From Eledone cirrhosa (lineage: Eukaryota): DNA of 64,000 bases. The stretch lies in the NCBI GenBank assembly GCA_964016885.1, contig OZ024743.1, positions 207,948,001 through 208,012,000 on the forward strand, read 5' to 3'. A program made the translations under genes and the position numbers. The notes beneath the pieces are model-generated. The model saw only the letters and a program-made list of their open reading frames with translations. It made no database searches and had not been told where the DNA came from. Shown in pieces: positions 43,398 to 61,600 of this stretch; position 1 is the stretch's first letter, and each line of letters opens with the position of its first letter.

Positions 43398-46300
43398 CTA
43401 AGGCGGGTAAAATTCCCGAGATCCATGGACGAGTTCTCTCCAGCGGTCTCTGTCCCTCATTATCGCTGCCATGTCCTGCGTCTCCAACAGACCAGTGTCT
43501 GTCCTTAGGGCATCAACATATGTTAACCTTGGTCTTCCTCTTCCAGTGTGTCCATGTAGGGGCTCCCAAAGGAGCACGGAGTGCAATGTCAACTCTGGAT
43601 GTCGGTGAGCATGTCCAGCCAACCTCAGTCTCCTCTGTGTCACTTTTGAGCTGACTTTTGGGAGGCTCCCATACAGCTCTGAGTTTTTCATCCTCAGTGT
43701 ATACTGATTAATGTTCAGAGCCATCCTCAGCATTCTCGTGTAGCACCCATCCACCATCTGAGTGAGTCTCTTGGTCAGTGTCCAAGTCTCAGACCCATAC
43801 AGCAGCACAGACTCCACTACAGCAATGAAGAGGCGGATTTTCAGGTCTCTACGAAGGTCCGACTTCCACACCGATCTCAAGCTGTGGCACGCTGCCCAGG
43901 CCTTGCTCTTCCTCTCAACCACATCATCTTCCGTATTCCCAATCTTTGCTCCCAAATACAGGAAGTCCTCAACCAATTCCAGCGGCTTCCCGCCTACATT
44001 AGTGATCCCCTCTGGCTTCTCAACATTCTCTACCAGATATTTTGTTTTAGTCTCATTCATTCTCAGCCCCACACTCATCGACACAGTCTCAACCTCCCGC
44101 ATCAAATCCTCTGCCTCCTTCACTGTATTTGTCACCAAAACTATGTCGTCGGCAAATTCAGCATCCGATACCTTTTTCGCCCCAACTCTCCTGCTCTGAG
44201 CCGGTGCTACAGTAAAGCCAGAGTCCTGGTGTTTCTCCAGTGCAAGGCGCATACAATAGTCCACTACGATGATAAAAAGGTAGGGAGCCAATGTATCTCC
44301 CTGGAGCACTCCAGCCAGTATCTCAAAGAACTCTGTCATCCCATCAGGTGTAATGACTTGGGCTTTGGTGTTGGTGTAGAGCAGTGATATCAGGTCCACT
44401 ATCCTCTTGGGGATTCCATAAGCCTGTACGATCTTCATCAGGCAGTAACGGTCCACAGAATCAAAGGCCTTCCTAAAGTCAATGAAAACCATGACCGCAG
44501 GAAGGCACTTTGCTCTAGCTCCCTCTAATATCCTCCTCAGCATCAGGATGTGACTGGTGGTTGATCTACCCTCTCTGAAGCCGTTCTGGTTGTCCCTGAG
44601 CTTCTTCTCCATCTCAGGCTGGATCCTGTTAAGAATCATCCTGTTGAGGGTCTTTGCCACAAGTGACGTCAGTGAGATCCCCCGGTAGTTGTTGGTGTTA
44701 GAGAGATCTCCCTTCTTTGGCACTGGGACGATGTTACTGATCCTCCACTGATTCGGGGCAACTCCCTTCTCCAGTGCCCCGTTACAGAACCCCAGGATGA
44801 TATCATCAAAATCACACCACTTCATCACCTCTGATGCTACTCCATCTTCTCCATGAGCCTTGCCCTCCTTGATCTTCTTCTTGGCTCTCTGAAGCTCCTC
44901 TCTGGTGAAGGGCTCTGTCTCAACATCCAGTTCCTCAAACAGCCGCCTGATCTCCCCAGTGCTCTGGGCTGTGGAGGGTGGCTCTCCTAGTAGGGTCCTA
45001 AAATGGTCTAGCCATTTCCTCTTCCTATCCTCGGGCCCCGTTCCCTGGATCTGACTCGAACACCTTTTCTTCCTCCCTGTGATCTCGTTGATGATCATCC
45101 AGCTCTCCTTACATCCAGATCTGTCAACCGCTCTCTCCACACTTCTGATCTTCTCTATCAGTGCCTCCTCTCTGACCTCAGTGTAAGCGGTACAGAGCTC
45201 TTCCCTCATCACCTCCACAGTCTCCATCCTCTCCTCCGTAGGATCAGCATAGAATTGGTCCCTGGCAGCTTTCAGGTGTTCTCTGGCTGCACACACTTTT
45301 GGGTCTGCAGAGCTGACGTGCTTCCCTTTGTTCTTTTTCCTCGGCACCAGGGTTTCACTTGCTTTCGCCACTGCATTGGTGAAGTGCCCGTACCTCCTCG
45401 TCACACTCTCCTCAGTCCATCCAATCTCTCTCTCCTCTGACTCTCCACACAGAGCACTAAACCTGTTTCTCACTTCCACTGTGAACCTCTCCTGTAGCTT
45501 ATCATCTTCCTTGAAAGCTCCCCAGTCATAGATTGTTCTCCGGGGCTGAGCCTTGCTCTTTCTTAAGCTCACGCGGACCTCACTCATAACAAGCCGGTGG
45601 TCACTACCCAGTGTACTGAAATAGCTGTATGGTTCCGTGTTCAGAACACTATTCCGCCACTTTTTCCTCACCAGAATGAAATCAATCTGGGACTTGGACA
45701 GGTGCACATCTGAGATGTAGGTCCACATCTTCCCCAGATTCTTCCTAAACCTTAGGTTGGTCGCCATCAAGTTCGCCTCCAGCAGGGTGTCTCTCAGTAG
45801 TCTTCCATTTCGGTTGGTGTTGTTATGGAAGTACCAGCAAGGATCTTCACTGCCCTCCTTACTCAGATGTGCATTGAAGTCCCCAAAACAAGCAGGATAT
45901 TGTGTGCCTGAGTGGTGTTGACAGCTCTACACACTTCCTCATGGAACTCCTCGGCATTCACATCACTGTCCCCCTCGGTTGGACTATAGGCTGAGATGAC
46001 TGTCAGTCTTGGGTTTCCATTGAAGGTCACCCTCAACACTCGCGGGGAGATAGGCATTATTTCCCTCACCAACAGATTGGTTTTTGCACTGAACACAAAA
46101 CCCACTCCTCCTACTGCAGCATTTGTTGTGTTCTTCACTGCCGATGTAGTGATGAGCTGGCTCTTCCTCCCGATCATCACACTCCTCACGGGCTCATCGT
46201 GTAGAATCCTGTGTTCTTGGATCGCAAGTATCTGTATACCACTCTCCTCGAACAGATGTCCCAACTCCTCTCTCTTCTCCAGCGTTCGAATAGTCCTCAC

Positions 46301-46703
46301 ATTCAAAGTGCCCATTTTGATGGCTCTTCTGCAGGACAAAACTACATTCTTTATATTTGTCTCAGAGACAGCTGATCCATCATCCACTGGCCCCCTCTGT
46401 GGCTCTAAGCCAGCAGAGTCATAACGACCAGGCTGCTCCTTGACAGTGTAATTAGGGGCTCTAACCCTAGTGCTGTTAGATCGACTCTCCATATTTCTTT
46501 TCAATGGCTGACAATACCTTACGGCGCCACTCGAATAAGGTAGTTATTTAACCCATAAATGGAGCCCTAACAGGTACTACCACCCCGGGCCAGGGCAGAC
46601 CTGGGAGTCATGACAACTAAGGGGTAACTCCATATTCCCCACATCTCCTGAACTCCCGAACTGGAGCCTTGCCACTGGATGTAGTTTAATGTCATACCCA
46701 AGA
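43398..46703 (-). mobile_element. Apparently full-length RTE/RTEX-like LINE, one 1-nt frameshift
   Basis: EN (MGTLNVRT, LAIQEH) 46492-45880; adding one G in a G-run restores LGDFNAH and joins the 790-aa RT ORF (DFRKAFD, QGDTLAPYLF, FADD); stop directly abuts (taga)2(TA)n. Confidence 0.92.
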
Positions 46704-46711
46704 CATATATG

Positions 46712-46961
<250 letters not shown>

Positions 46962-46998
46962 TATATATATATATATATGTATATATATATAGTATATA

Positions 46999-47115
<117 letters not shown>

Positions 47116-47117
47116 CA

Positions 47118-47169
47118 GAGATTCCTGATGATTTCTAATGAATGAACAGTTCTAGTCCTGTAGAATCTC
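47118..47169 (+). ncRNA. Type I hammerhead ribozyme, copy with GAAA->GAA deletion
   Basis: gagauuc-CUGAUGA-uuucuaaugaau-GAA-cag uucuaguc cug-UA-gaaucuc. Confidence 0.7.
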
Positions 47170-47239
47170 ATCTATATATATGTATATATATATATATATA
47201 TATGTTATATATATATATGTATATATATATATGTATATA

Positions 47240-47293
<54 letters not shown>

Positions 47294-47337
47294 TACATAT
47301 ATATGTATACATATATATATATATATATATATATATC

Positions 47338-47379
<42 letters not shown>

Positions 47380-47391
47380 TACATATATATG

Positions 47392-47507
<116 letters not shown>

Positions 47508-47510
47508 ACA

Positions 47511-47639
<129 letters not shown>

Positions 47640-47689
47640 TATATAATACATATACATCTATATATATATATATATATGTAATATATATG

Positions 47690-47724
<35 letters not shown>

Positions 47725-47729
47725 GTATA

Positions 47730-47780
<51 letters not shown>

Positions 47781-47781
47781 G

Positions 47782-47830
<49 letters not shown>

Positions 47831-47841
47831 GTATATATTAT

Positions 47842-47874
<33 letters not shown>

Positions 47875-47919
47875 GTATATATATGTATATATATATATGT
47901 ATATATATATATGTATATA

Positions 47920-47987
<68 letters not shown>

Positions 47988-47992
47988 GTATG

Positions 47993-48045
<53 letters not shown>

Positions 48046-48088
48046 GTAATATATATATATTATATGTATATATATATATAATGTAATG

Positions 48089-48119
<31 letters not shown>

Positions 48120-48249
48120 GTATATTATATGTATATGTATATATATGTATATATATATATATATGTATATGTATATATATGTATATGTATATATATGTAT
48201 ATATATATATATATATGTATATGTATATATATGTATATGTATATATATG

Positions 48250-48284
<35 letters not shown>

Positions 48285-48338
48285 GTATATGTATATATAT
48301 GTATATATATATATATATGTATATGTATATGTATATGT

Positions 48339-48424
<86 letters not shown>

Positions 48425-48544
48425 GTATATATATATATGTATATATATATGTATATATATATATGTGTATATATATATATGTATATGTATAATATGTATA
48501 TATATATATGTATATATGTATATATATATATGTATATATATATG

Positions 48545-48577
<33 letters not shown>

Positions 48578-48768
48578 GTATATATGTATATGTATGTATA
48601 TATGTATATATATATATGTATATATATATATATGTATATATATATATTGTATTATATATGTATATATATATATGTATGTATATTATATGTATATATATAT
48701 ATGTATTATATATGTATATATATGTATGTATAATATGTATATATATATATATGTATGTATATATATGT

Positions 48769-48850
<82 letters not shown>

Positions 48851-48877
48851 GTATATATATATATATATGTATATATG

Positions 48878-48929
<52 letters not shown>

Positions 48930-49007
48930 TATATACATATATATGTATATATATATATGTATAATATATATGTATATATATATATGTATATATATATATA
49001 TAATATA

Positions 49008-49075
<68 letters not shown>

Positions 49076-49076
49076 G

Positions 49077-49112
<36 letters not shown>

Positions 49113-49142
49113 GTTATGTAAATATATATGTATATATATATG

Positions 49143-49191
<49 letters not shown>

Positions 49192-49213
49192 GTATATGTA
49201 TAATATATATATG

Positions 49214-49314
<101 letters not shown>

Positions 49315-49321
49315 GTATATA

Positions 49322-49367
<46 letters not shown>

Positions 49368-49437
49368 AGTATATGTATATATATATATGTATATATATAT
49401 ATGTATATATATGTATATATATATATGTATATATATG

Positions 49438-49484
<47 letters not shown>

Positions 49485-49520
49485 GTATATATATATGTAT
49501 AAATATGTATATATATATAG

Positions 49521-49559
<39 letters not shown>

Positions 49560-49679
49560 GTATATATATGTATATGTATATATATATATGTATATATATA
49601 TGTATATATATATGTATATGTAATATATATATGTATATATATGTATATTATATATGTATATGTATATTATATATATATG

Positions 49680-49742
<63 letters not shown>

Positions 49743-49755
49743 GTATATATATATG

Positions 49756-49786
<31 letters not shown>

Positions 49787-50001
49787 GTATGTATATATAT
49801 ATATGTATATATATATGTATATATATATATATGTATATATATATATGTATATATATATATGTATATATATATATGTATATATATATATGTATATATATGT
49901 ATATATATATGTATATATATATGTATATTATATATGTATATATATATATGTATATATATGTATATATATATAATATGTATATATATATATGTATATATAT
50001 C

Positions 50002-50038
<37 letters not shown>

Positions 50039-50039
50039 G

Positions 50040-50070
<31 letters not shown>

Positions 50071-50081
50071 GTATATATATG

Positions 50082-50146
<65 letters not shown>

Positions 50147-50340
50147 GTATATAATGTATATGTATATATATATATATATGTATATATATGTTATATATGT
50201 ATATATATGTATATGTATATATATGTATATGTATATATATGTATATATATATGTATATGTATATATATATGTATATATATTTTATATATATATATATATA
50301 TATGTATATATAATATATATATGTATATATAATATATATG

Positions 50341-50404
<64 letters not shown>

Positions 50405-50432
50405 TGTATATATATAGTATATATATATATTA

Positions 50433-50475
<43 letters not shown>

Positions 50476-50519
50476 GTATATTATATATATGTATATATAT
50501 ATGTATATATATATATGTA

Positions 50520-50584
<65 letters not shown>

Positions 50585-50597
50585 ATATATATATATG

Positions 50598-50650
<53 letters not shown>

Positions 50651-50651
50651 G

Positions 50652-50722
<71 letters not shown>

Positions 50723-50776
50723 GTATATATATATATGTATATATATATGTATATATATATATACAGATATATATAC

Positions 50777-50884
<108 letters not shown>

Positions 50885-50890
50885 TATATG

Positions 50891-51054
<164 letters not shown>

Positions 51055-51060
51055 TAATAC

Positions 51061-51118
<58 letters not shown>

Positions 51119-51120
51119 CA

Positions 51121-51173
51121 GAGATTCCTGATGATTTCTAATGAATGAAACAGTTCTAGTCCTGTAGAATCTC
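51121..51173 (+). ncRNA. Type I hammerhead ribozyme (complete core)
   Basis: Stem I gagauuc/gaaucuc; CUGAUGA; stem II uuc/gaa; GAAA; stem III Acag/cugU; GUA site, cleavage predicted after 51166. Confidence 0.85.
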
Positions 51174-51180
51174 ATCTATA

Positions 51181-51269
<89 letters not shown>

Positions 51270-51270
51270 G

Positions 51271-51335
<65 letters not shown>

Positions 51336-51389
51336 ATATATATAATACATATATACATATATATGTATACATATATATATATATATATT

Positions 51390-51421
<32 letters not shown>

Positions 51422-51439
51422 AATATATATATACATAAC

Positions 51440-51470
<31 letters not shown>

Positions 51471-51475
51471 AATAC

Positions 51476-51646
<171 letters not shown>

Positions 51647-51697
51647 CATCTATATATATATATATATATGTATATATATGTATATATATATATATAT

Positions 51698-51749
<52 letters not shown>

Positions 51750-51788
51750 GTATATATATGTATATATGTATATATATGTATATATATG

Positions 51789-51837
<49 letters not shown>

Positions 51838-51876
51838 GTATATATATGTATATATATATATATATGTATATATATG

Positions 51877-51927
<51 letters not shown>

Positions 51928-51928
51928 G

Positions 51929-51981
<53 letters not shown>

Positions 51982-51982
51982 G

Positions 51983-52013
<31 letters not shown>

Positions 52014-52035
52014 TATATATGTATGTATATATATG

Positions 52036-52068
<33 letters not shown>

Positions 52069-52262
52069 GTATATATGTATATGTATATATATGTATATAT
52101 ATATATATGTATATGTATATATATGTATATATATATATATGTATAGTATATATATATGTATATATATGTATATGTATATATATGTATATATATATATGTA
52201 TATTATATATAGATAGTATGTATATGTATATATATATGTATATATATATGTATATGTATATA

Positions 52263-52293
<31 letters not shown>

Positions 52294-52366
52294 TATATAT
52301 GTATATATATATATATATTTATATGTATATATATGTATATATATATATATATGTATATGTATATGT

Positions 52367-52448
<82 letters not shown>

Positions 52449-52475
52449 GTATATATATATGTATATATATATATG

Positions 52476-52526
<51 letters not shown>

Positions 52527-52571
52527 ATATATATATGTATATATGTATATATATATATGTATATATATATG

Positions 52572-52604
<33 letters not shown>

Positions 52605-52680
52605 GTATATATATGTATGTATATATATGTATATATATATGTATGTATATATATGTATATATATGTATGTATATATATGT

Positions 52681-52776
<96 letters not shown>

Positions 52777-52777
52777 G

Positions 52778-52808
<31 letters not shown>

Positions 52809-52893
52809 GTATGTATATATATATATGTATATATATGTATATATATGTATATATATGTATGTATATATATGTATATATATATATGTATATATG

Positions 52894-52930
<37 letters not shown>

Positions 52931-53002
52931 GTATATATATATGTATGTATGTATATATATATATGTATGTATGTATATATATATATGTATGTATATATAT
53001 AT

Positions 53003-53122
53003 GTGAAGGCGTGTGGCTGAGTGGTTAGAGTATTGGATTCACAATCGTGAGGTTGTGAGTTCGATTCCTGAACCAGGCGATGCGTTATGTCCTTGAGCAA
53101 GACACTTTATTTCACGTTGCTC
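53003..53122 (+). mobile_element. tRNA-derived SINE 5' half
   Basis: A box tggctgagtgg, B box gttcgattcc, tgtccttgagcaagacactttatttcac. Confidence 0.85.
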
Positions 53123-53240
53123 CTTCTACCTGGAGTTGCGACCGATAGATAGTATTAGCAATTGGAAAGACCAACGGAAACATAGTTTCCTCGGTCCGAT
53201 TTGACGAAAGTCGATCGACTAGAATAATAAAAATAATAAA

Positions 53241-54290
<1,050 letters not shown>

Positions 54291-54755
54291 CACACATATT
54301 TACATGTACGTATCAGTTAAGCGAATATTTATTATAACACTCGCTTTGTTCGTTTGTAAACAAACGGACAGCTTGATTTATGCCGTACGGTATTAAGGCA
54401 ACCACGTCACCTTTTTGTTCAACACTGACACAGGAATGAGAGAGAATGAGAGAGAAAAAAAATAAGCAAAATCTGATTTTGCTTATTTTTTTCTCTCAGT
54501 ACCTTTTTTAGTTTTACCTTCATTGTTCTACTTACCGTTTCGACCTCCTCCCCCTCCTCAGTATCCTCTTTGACCTCACACCCAGCTGTAGCTGGCACTA
54601 CCAATACATGAATGGGTCTACACCACCCCTCCTCCCTTTTTCTCCTACCGGCAGGTTTAGCTTCCCCTTCCCCCACCAACTTGCCATCACAGATGTACTA
54701 CTAACTTGTGATGTGACCAATCCTGGTGATTATCTCTTTGACCATATATGGAATT

Positions 54756-54849
54756 ACCCCTTGATAAGTTCGGCTATTTAAATACCAGAATAAACTTTCA
54801 TTCAGTACAGAATTAGCTGTCGAAACGGCTTGAGCTCAGCTGTTGGGGT
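54756..54849 (+). ncRNA. Type I hammerhead ribozyme with U3-A8 core variant
   Basis: Stem I acccc/ggggu; UUGAUAA; long stem II (cggcua/uagcug); GAAA; stem III Acggcu/agcugU, loop ugagcuc; GUU site. Confidence 0.65.
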
Positions 54850-54861
54850 CTTACTTGTTCC

Positions 54862-56790
<1,929 letters not shown>

Positions 56791-56821
56791 AAGATCAAAA
56801 GATGGTTAAATGAGTTCCATG

Positions 56822-56892
56822 TATTTTATTATGCGCATTTCAAAAACAAATATCATCATGCAATAACATTTGTGTTTTCATCAGATAAAATA
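56822..56892 (-). ncRNA. Minimal type I hammerhead ribozyme (Penelope-type, palindromic stem III)
   Basis: Minus: uauuuuau-CUGAUGA-aaacacaaauguuau..augauauuuguuuuu-GAAA-ugcgca-UA-auaaaaua. Confidence 0.8.
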
Positions 56893-57056
56893 GGAGGACA
56901 TGATATGAAGGTTAAAAAACACTTGTGGATAGTGCAGTTTTAAATCAACATATTTGATCTTATATAATATGTATACTCCAGTCCTACAAACTGTAGAGTG
57001 CTTCTTATCCGATATCTGCATTGCTTTATTGTACTACAATAAAACTCACCTCCTAC

Positions 57057-57138
<82 letters not shown>

Positions 57139-57769
57139 GTCACTGGACTCGGGAATGTCACGACAGAAGTTTGTGGAAGGTACACAAATATTTTAGTATA
57201 TTTTAGCAGAGCAATCCTTATTTATATTTTACTTTTACATTTACTTACATCTCAATATAACATGGCTAAAATTCAAATTTTGCAAAGAGAAGAAAACGGT
57301 CAAATGAACTAGATACATCACACTGTCCCCCGCCACCACAATAACTTCTACACTCTCTCCCCACCATCACATGTCATTACCCTATCTAGACTAAAGTCAT
57401 CGACCTTTTGTCAAACTCTCTACTCTCTGTTGAATGTGTATATATATATATATATATATGTATATCTGTGTATATACATCACTCAGTCAAACGACCAGAT
57501 TTCAACCCCAACATCTACAACAACAACACCGGCACTAATGTTTACATCAACAACAGCTTCAGAATGAACTGAAATGAACATTTACAACAACAACAACAGC
57601 GGCATCAAAAAATAAAAAAAATAAAAAAATAAAAAGGGGAAAAAAAAAACAAAAAAAAAACTCAAAATAACAAAACACACACACGCACACAACACAACAA
57701 CAACATCAACTGCCACCGCCACCATCACCATCACCAGCGACCGGGCCTTAAGAAAACAACTTTAATAAT

Positions 57770-57915
57770 TTTTCTGCTTTTGGCACGAATCCAGCGACTG
57801 GCTCAGCGCATCACTGGTACTCTCTTTTGTTGACTCCGTGGGGATGACAGGCAAGGTTGACCTCGGCGGGATTTGAGCTCAGAGCGTGGAGGGCCGTGAC
57901 TCTATGCTGTAAAGC
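57770..57915 (-). mobile_element. tRNA-derived SINE (degenerate)
   Basis: actggtactctcttttgttgactccgtggggatgacaggcaaggttgacctcggcgggatttgagctcag. Confidence 0.75.
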
Positions 57916-58019
57916 AATTATAGTAATACTGGACTGTAGTACGATCAGCTTCAACTATACAAACTCTTGAAAGTCAACAGTTGACATAATCTTGTAATCT
58001 TGTATCAGTAATGACGGTA

Positions 58020-58051
<32 letters not shown>

Positions 58052-58177
58052 AAGTGAGTAGAGTAGCGTGTGTGTGTTTGTTTGTATGTATGAGTGTTGC
58101 TGTGTGCGCGCATATGTATGCGCGTGTGTGTATGTCGTACGTATAAGTGTCAATAAGTGATTTTTTGTTTTTTTTTT

Positions 58178-58580
58178 GCGCGCGGGGACATAGAAATAAT
58201 CGGGCTGGATGCCCGATCGCGCAGTTAAACCACTGGGAGTGAAGAAACCCTAGCCCTTGTCAAGGCATTCTTCTAGGAGAAGGCATCTCAGGAAACTGGG
58301 TTTACTCCGATATAAAACCTGCGGCTCAGTAGTTACCGATGATGTTGATCTTTTCTTCTTTTCGGGTTATAGCTACTGTCGCTCAGAGAGTGGGATTGGC
58401 TCAGTGCACAGTCTTTCCTCACTTTAAAAATATTCGTGACGCACAGGCATTGCACGAGTGCATTATGACTTTGCCTTTCATCCTTACGGGGTCGATAAAA
58501 TAAAGTACCAGTAATGCACTGGGTAATTGCTGGCCTTGTGCCTAAAGTAGAAACAATTAATAATTATTAATAGTGTACTA

Positions 58581-58611
<31 letters not shown>

Positions 58612-61600
58612 TATTATTACTTTTTTTTCTTTTTTTTTTTCAAATTCAATGATGTTCTAGAACAATATAAAAGAGATAATTGGCAATTTAGGTTCTGGAA
58701 CAAAAAAGATCATTGGCAATAAGGGCAGGGGCCCCAGGTTATCATAGCCTGGGCCCGCTTGTCATCGTGCCATTGTAATAGAGCCAAACAAGGCATTTAG
58801 CCTTGGCTGCTGGAACGTACGGACGCTGCTTGACAGGGATTCCTTGGGGCGTCCTGAACAAAGGACCGCTCTTGTTGCAAAGGAGCTTCGACGTTACGAT
58901 CTTGACATCGTGGCTTTATCTGAGACGAGGCTAGCTGGAGATGGTCATCTTACGGAATTTTGTGGAGAATATACATTCTTCTGGAAAGGAAGAGATGAAG
59001 GAACCAGAAGAGAGGCTGGGTAGGATTTGCTGTTAAGACTGTGCTTGTGAACAAATTAGAAGAATTCCCAGTAGGGATTAGTGAGCGTCTTATGTCCATG
59101 AGAGTTCCGCTGGACAAGGGAAGATATGCTACCCTGGTGAGTGTGTATGCTCCAACTATGAGTTCTGTCGATGAGAAAAAGGTGTCCTTTTACCATGCCT
59201 TGAAAGGTGTTCTAAGAAATATCTCTCAGGCAGACAAAGTCATCGTGCTTGGTGACTTTAATGCTAGAGTGGGTAGGGATTTTAACACATGGAATGTAAT
59301 CGGAAGGCATGGGGTGGGAAAGTGTAACAGCAATGGTATGCTCCTGCTGCAGATGTGTGAGGAGCTGAATCTGTGTGTTACCAACACCATGTTCCAACAA
59401 AAGAACAAATTCAAGACCACATGGATGCATCCTGCATCTAAGGAATGGCATCTTTTGGACTACGTCCTAGTCAGGATGCGTGACAGACAGGATGTGCAGT
59501 GTGTTCGTGTTCTTCGTGGAGCTGAGTGCTGGACGGACCACCGCCTGGTACGCGCAAAAGTGAAACTAATCACTAAACGTAAAATCCGGGCTCCTGGTGT
59601 TGCACTGCCCAAAAGATTGAATGCTGCTCGTCTTAAGGATAAAAATGTGAAGAGGACATTGGAAGAAGAGATGCAGGCTGCAGATCTTGGTGAGGATTGA
59701 CCGACCCTTAAAAAGCCGGTTTATGATGTAGGCAGGCGTGTTCTGGGATTGGCGCAGAGGAAACATCAGGACTGGTTTGATGAGAATGATGTACATATAG
59801 AAGACTTGTTGGCTGATAAGAGGCATGCTCTGTCACGCTACTTGACGGCAAAACCACAGGAGAGGAATACGTTGCATGAGGAACTCAGGGATGTAAAATC
59901 ACGTGTTAGGCGGAGTCTTTCTCAGATGAAGGATCAGTGGTGGAGTGAGAAGGCTGGTGAGATACAAACTGCGTCTGATTCCAATAACACAAAGCTGTTG
60001 TACAGTCTCTTGCGTGAGGTTTATGGACCGTCTTCTTCTCTGGTGACACCGCTTCGCAGCAAGGATGGCAAAGAACTTCTTCGTGACTCACAAGGAATTC
60101 TACGAAGGTGGCGAGAGCACTTTGATGATCTTTTGAATCAGCCGTCTGTCGTCAGTGAAGATTTCCTCAATCTCATTCCAGAAAGTCCTGTGAAAGTAGC
60201 TCTCGCAGAACCTCCGACGCTTGTGGAGGTTGCAGTGGCTATTTCGAAGCTGAACAGTGGAAGATCTCCAGGTATGGATGGCATACATGCTGAGCTCCTA
60301 CAATATGGTGGTGAGAGACTCCTGCAACATCTTCACTCTTTGTTTGGCAGGATATGGGCTAATGAATCCGTACCTGAGGACTGGAGAGATGCAGTAATGG
60401 TGGTCTTGTACAAGGGAAAGGGTAACAGGAACGATTGTGGGAACTACAGAGGTATATCATTGCTTTCTGTCGTAGGGAAAGTTTTATATAGGGTGCTTCT
60501 GGACCGTCTGCTGACACACATTGCAGATTGTGTTCTTCCTGAAAGTCAATCTGGTTTTCGTGCTGGACGCGGCACTACTGATATGATCTTCTCAGCTAGA
60601 CAGCTCCAGGAGAAGTGCATGGAACAAGGCTTGGATCTGTATCAGGTTTTTGTCGATCTGACAAAAGCTTTCGATAATGTTAACAGAGATGCATTATGGA
60701 AGGTTCTCCAGAAACTTGGTTGCCCTGATAAGTTCCTTGCGTTAGTTAGGTCTTTCCATAACGACATGAAGGCTTGGGTTAATGTCGGGGGTAACATGTC
60801 GGAGCCTATCTCAGTAAAAAATGGAGTGAAACGGGGATATTCCAGCACCGACCCTGTTTGCCATATACTTTGCAATGGTTTTCTGTATTGCATTCAGGAA
60901 TTGCGAGCATGGTGTTTACATCCGATATCGAACCTCAGGCAGCATATTTAACATCAGGCGTTTTGCTGCGAAGACAAAAGTATTTACATCAATCATAAGA
61001 GACCTCTTGTATGCAGATGGTTGCGATCTTGTAGCACACACAGAGAGTGATATGCAGCACATTTTGAGTGCATTTTCTGATGCTTGCACTGCCCTAGGTC
61101 TGACTGTCAGTCTCAAGAAAACCGTCGTCATGTACCAACCTGCCCCTGGTAAGCAGTACACTGAACCAAACATCTATGTGTATGGCAAACGACTTGGAGT
61201 GGTTGATCAGTTTGTCTACCTGGGAAGCACTGTCAATCGATACGGCAACCTTGACAGTGAAATCTCACTCAGGATTAGGAAAGCAAGTGATGCTTTCGGA
61301 AAGCTAGAAAGGCGACTCTGGGGTCGGCGAGACATATGCAGGAGGACAAAGGTAAAGGTGTACAGGGCATGTGTGCTCTCTTGTCTTCTTTATGCCTGCG
61401 AGACCTGGGTCACATATCGACACCACCTTAAGCAATTGGAGCGTTTCCATCAGATGTGTCTCAGACGGATCCATGGCGTTCACTGGAGGGACCACATCAG
61501 TGATGTCGAGATTTTGGGAAGCTCTATATGTGACAGTATAGAAGCTCTTGTGCTTAAGCAACGACTCCGTTGGAGTGGTCACCTTGCCAGGATAAAGGAT

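Noticed and set aside
53003-53080. tRNA gene
   Set aside because: No clean acceptor stem and it continues into a SINE body; same for 6835
58178-58300. HDV-like ribozyme at the RTE 5' end
   Set aside because: Hairpins are present (atcggg/cccgat) but the nested double pseudoknot could not be assigned by eye
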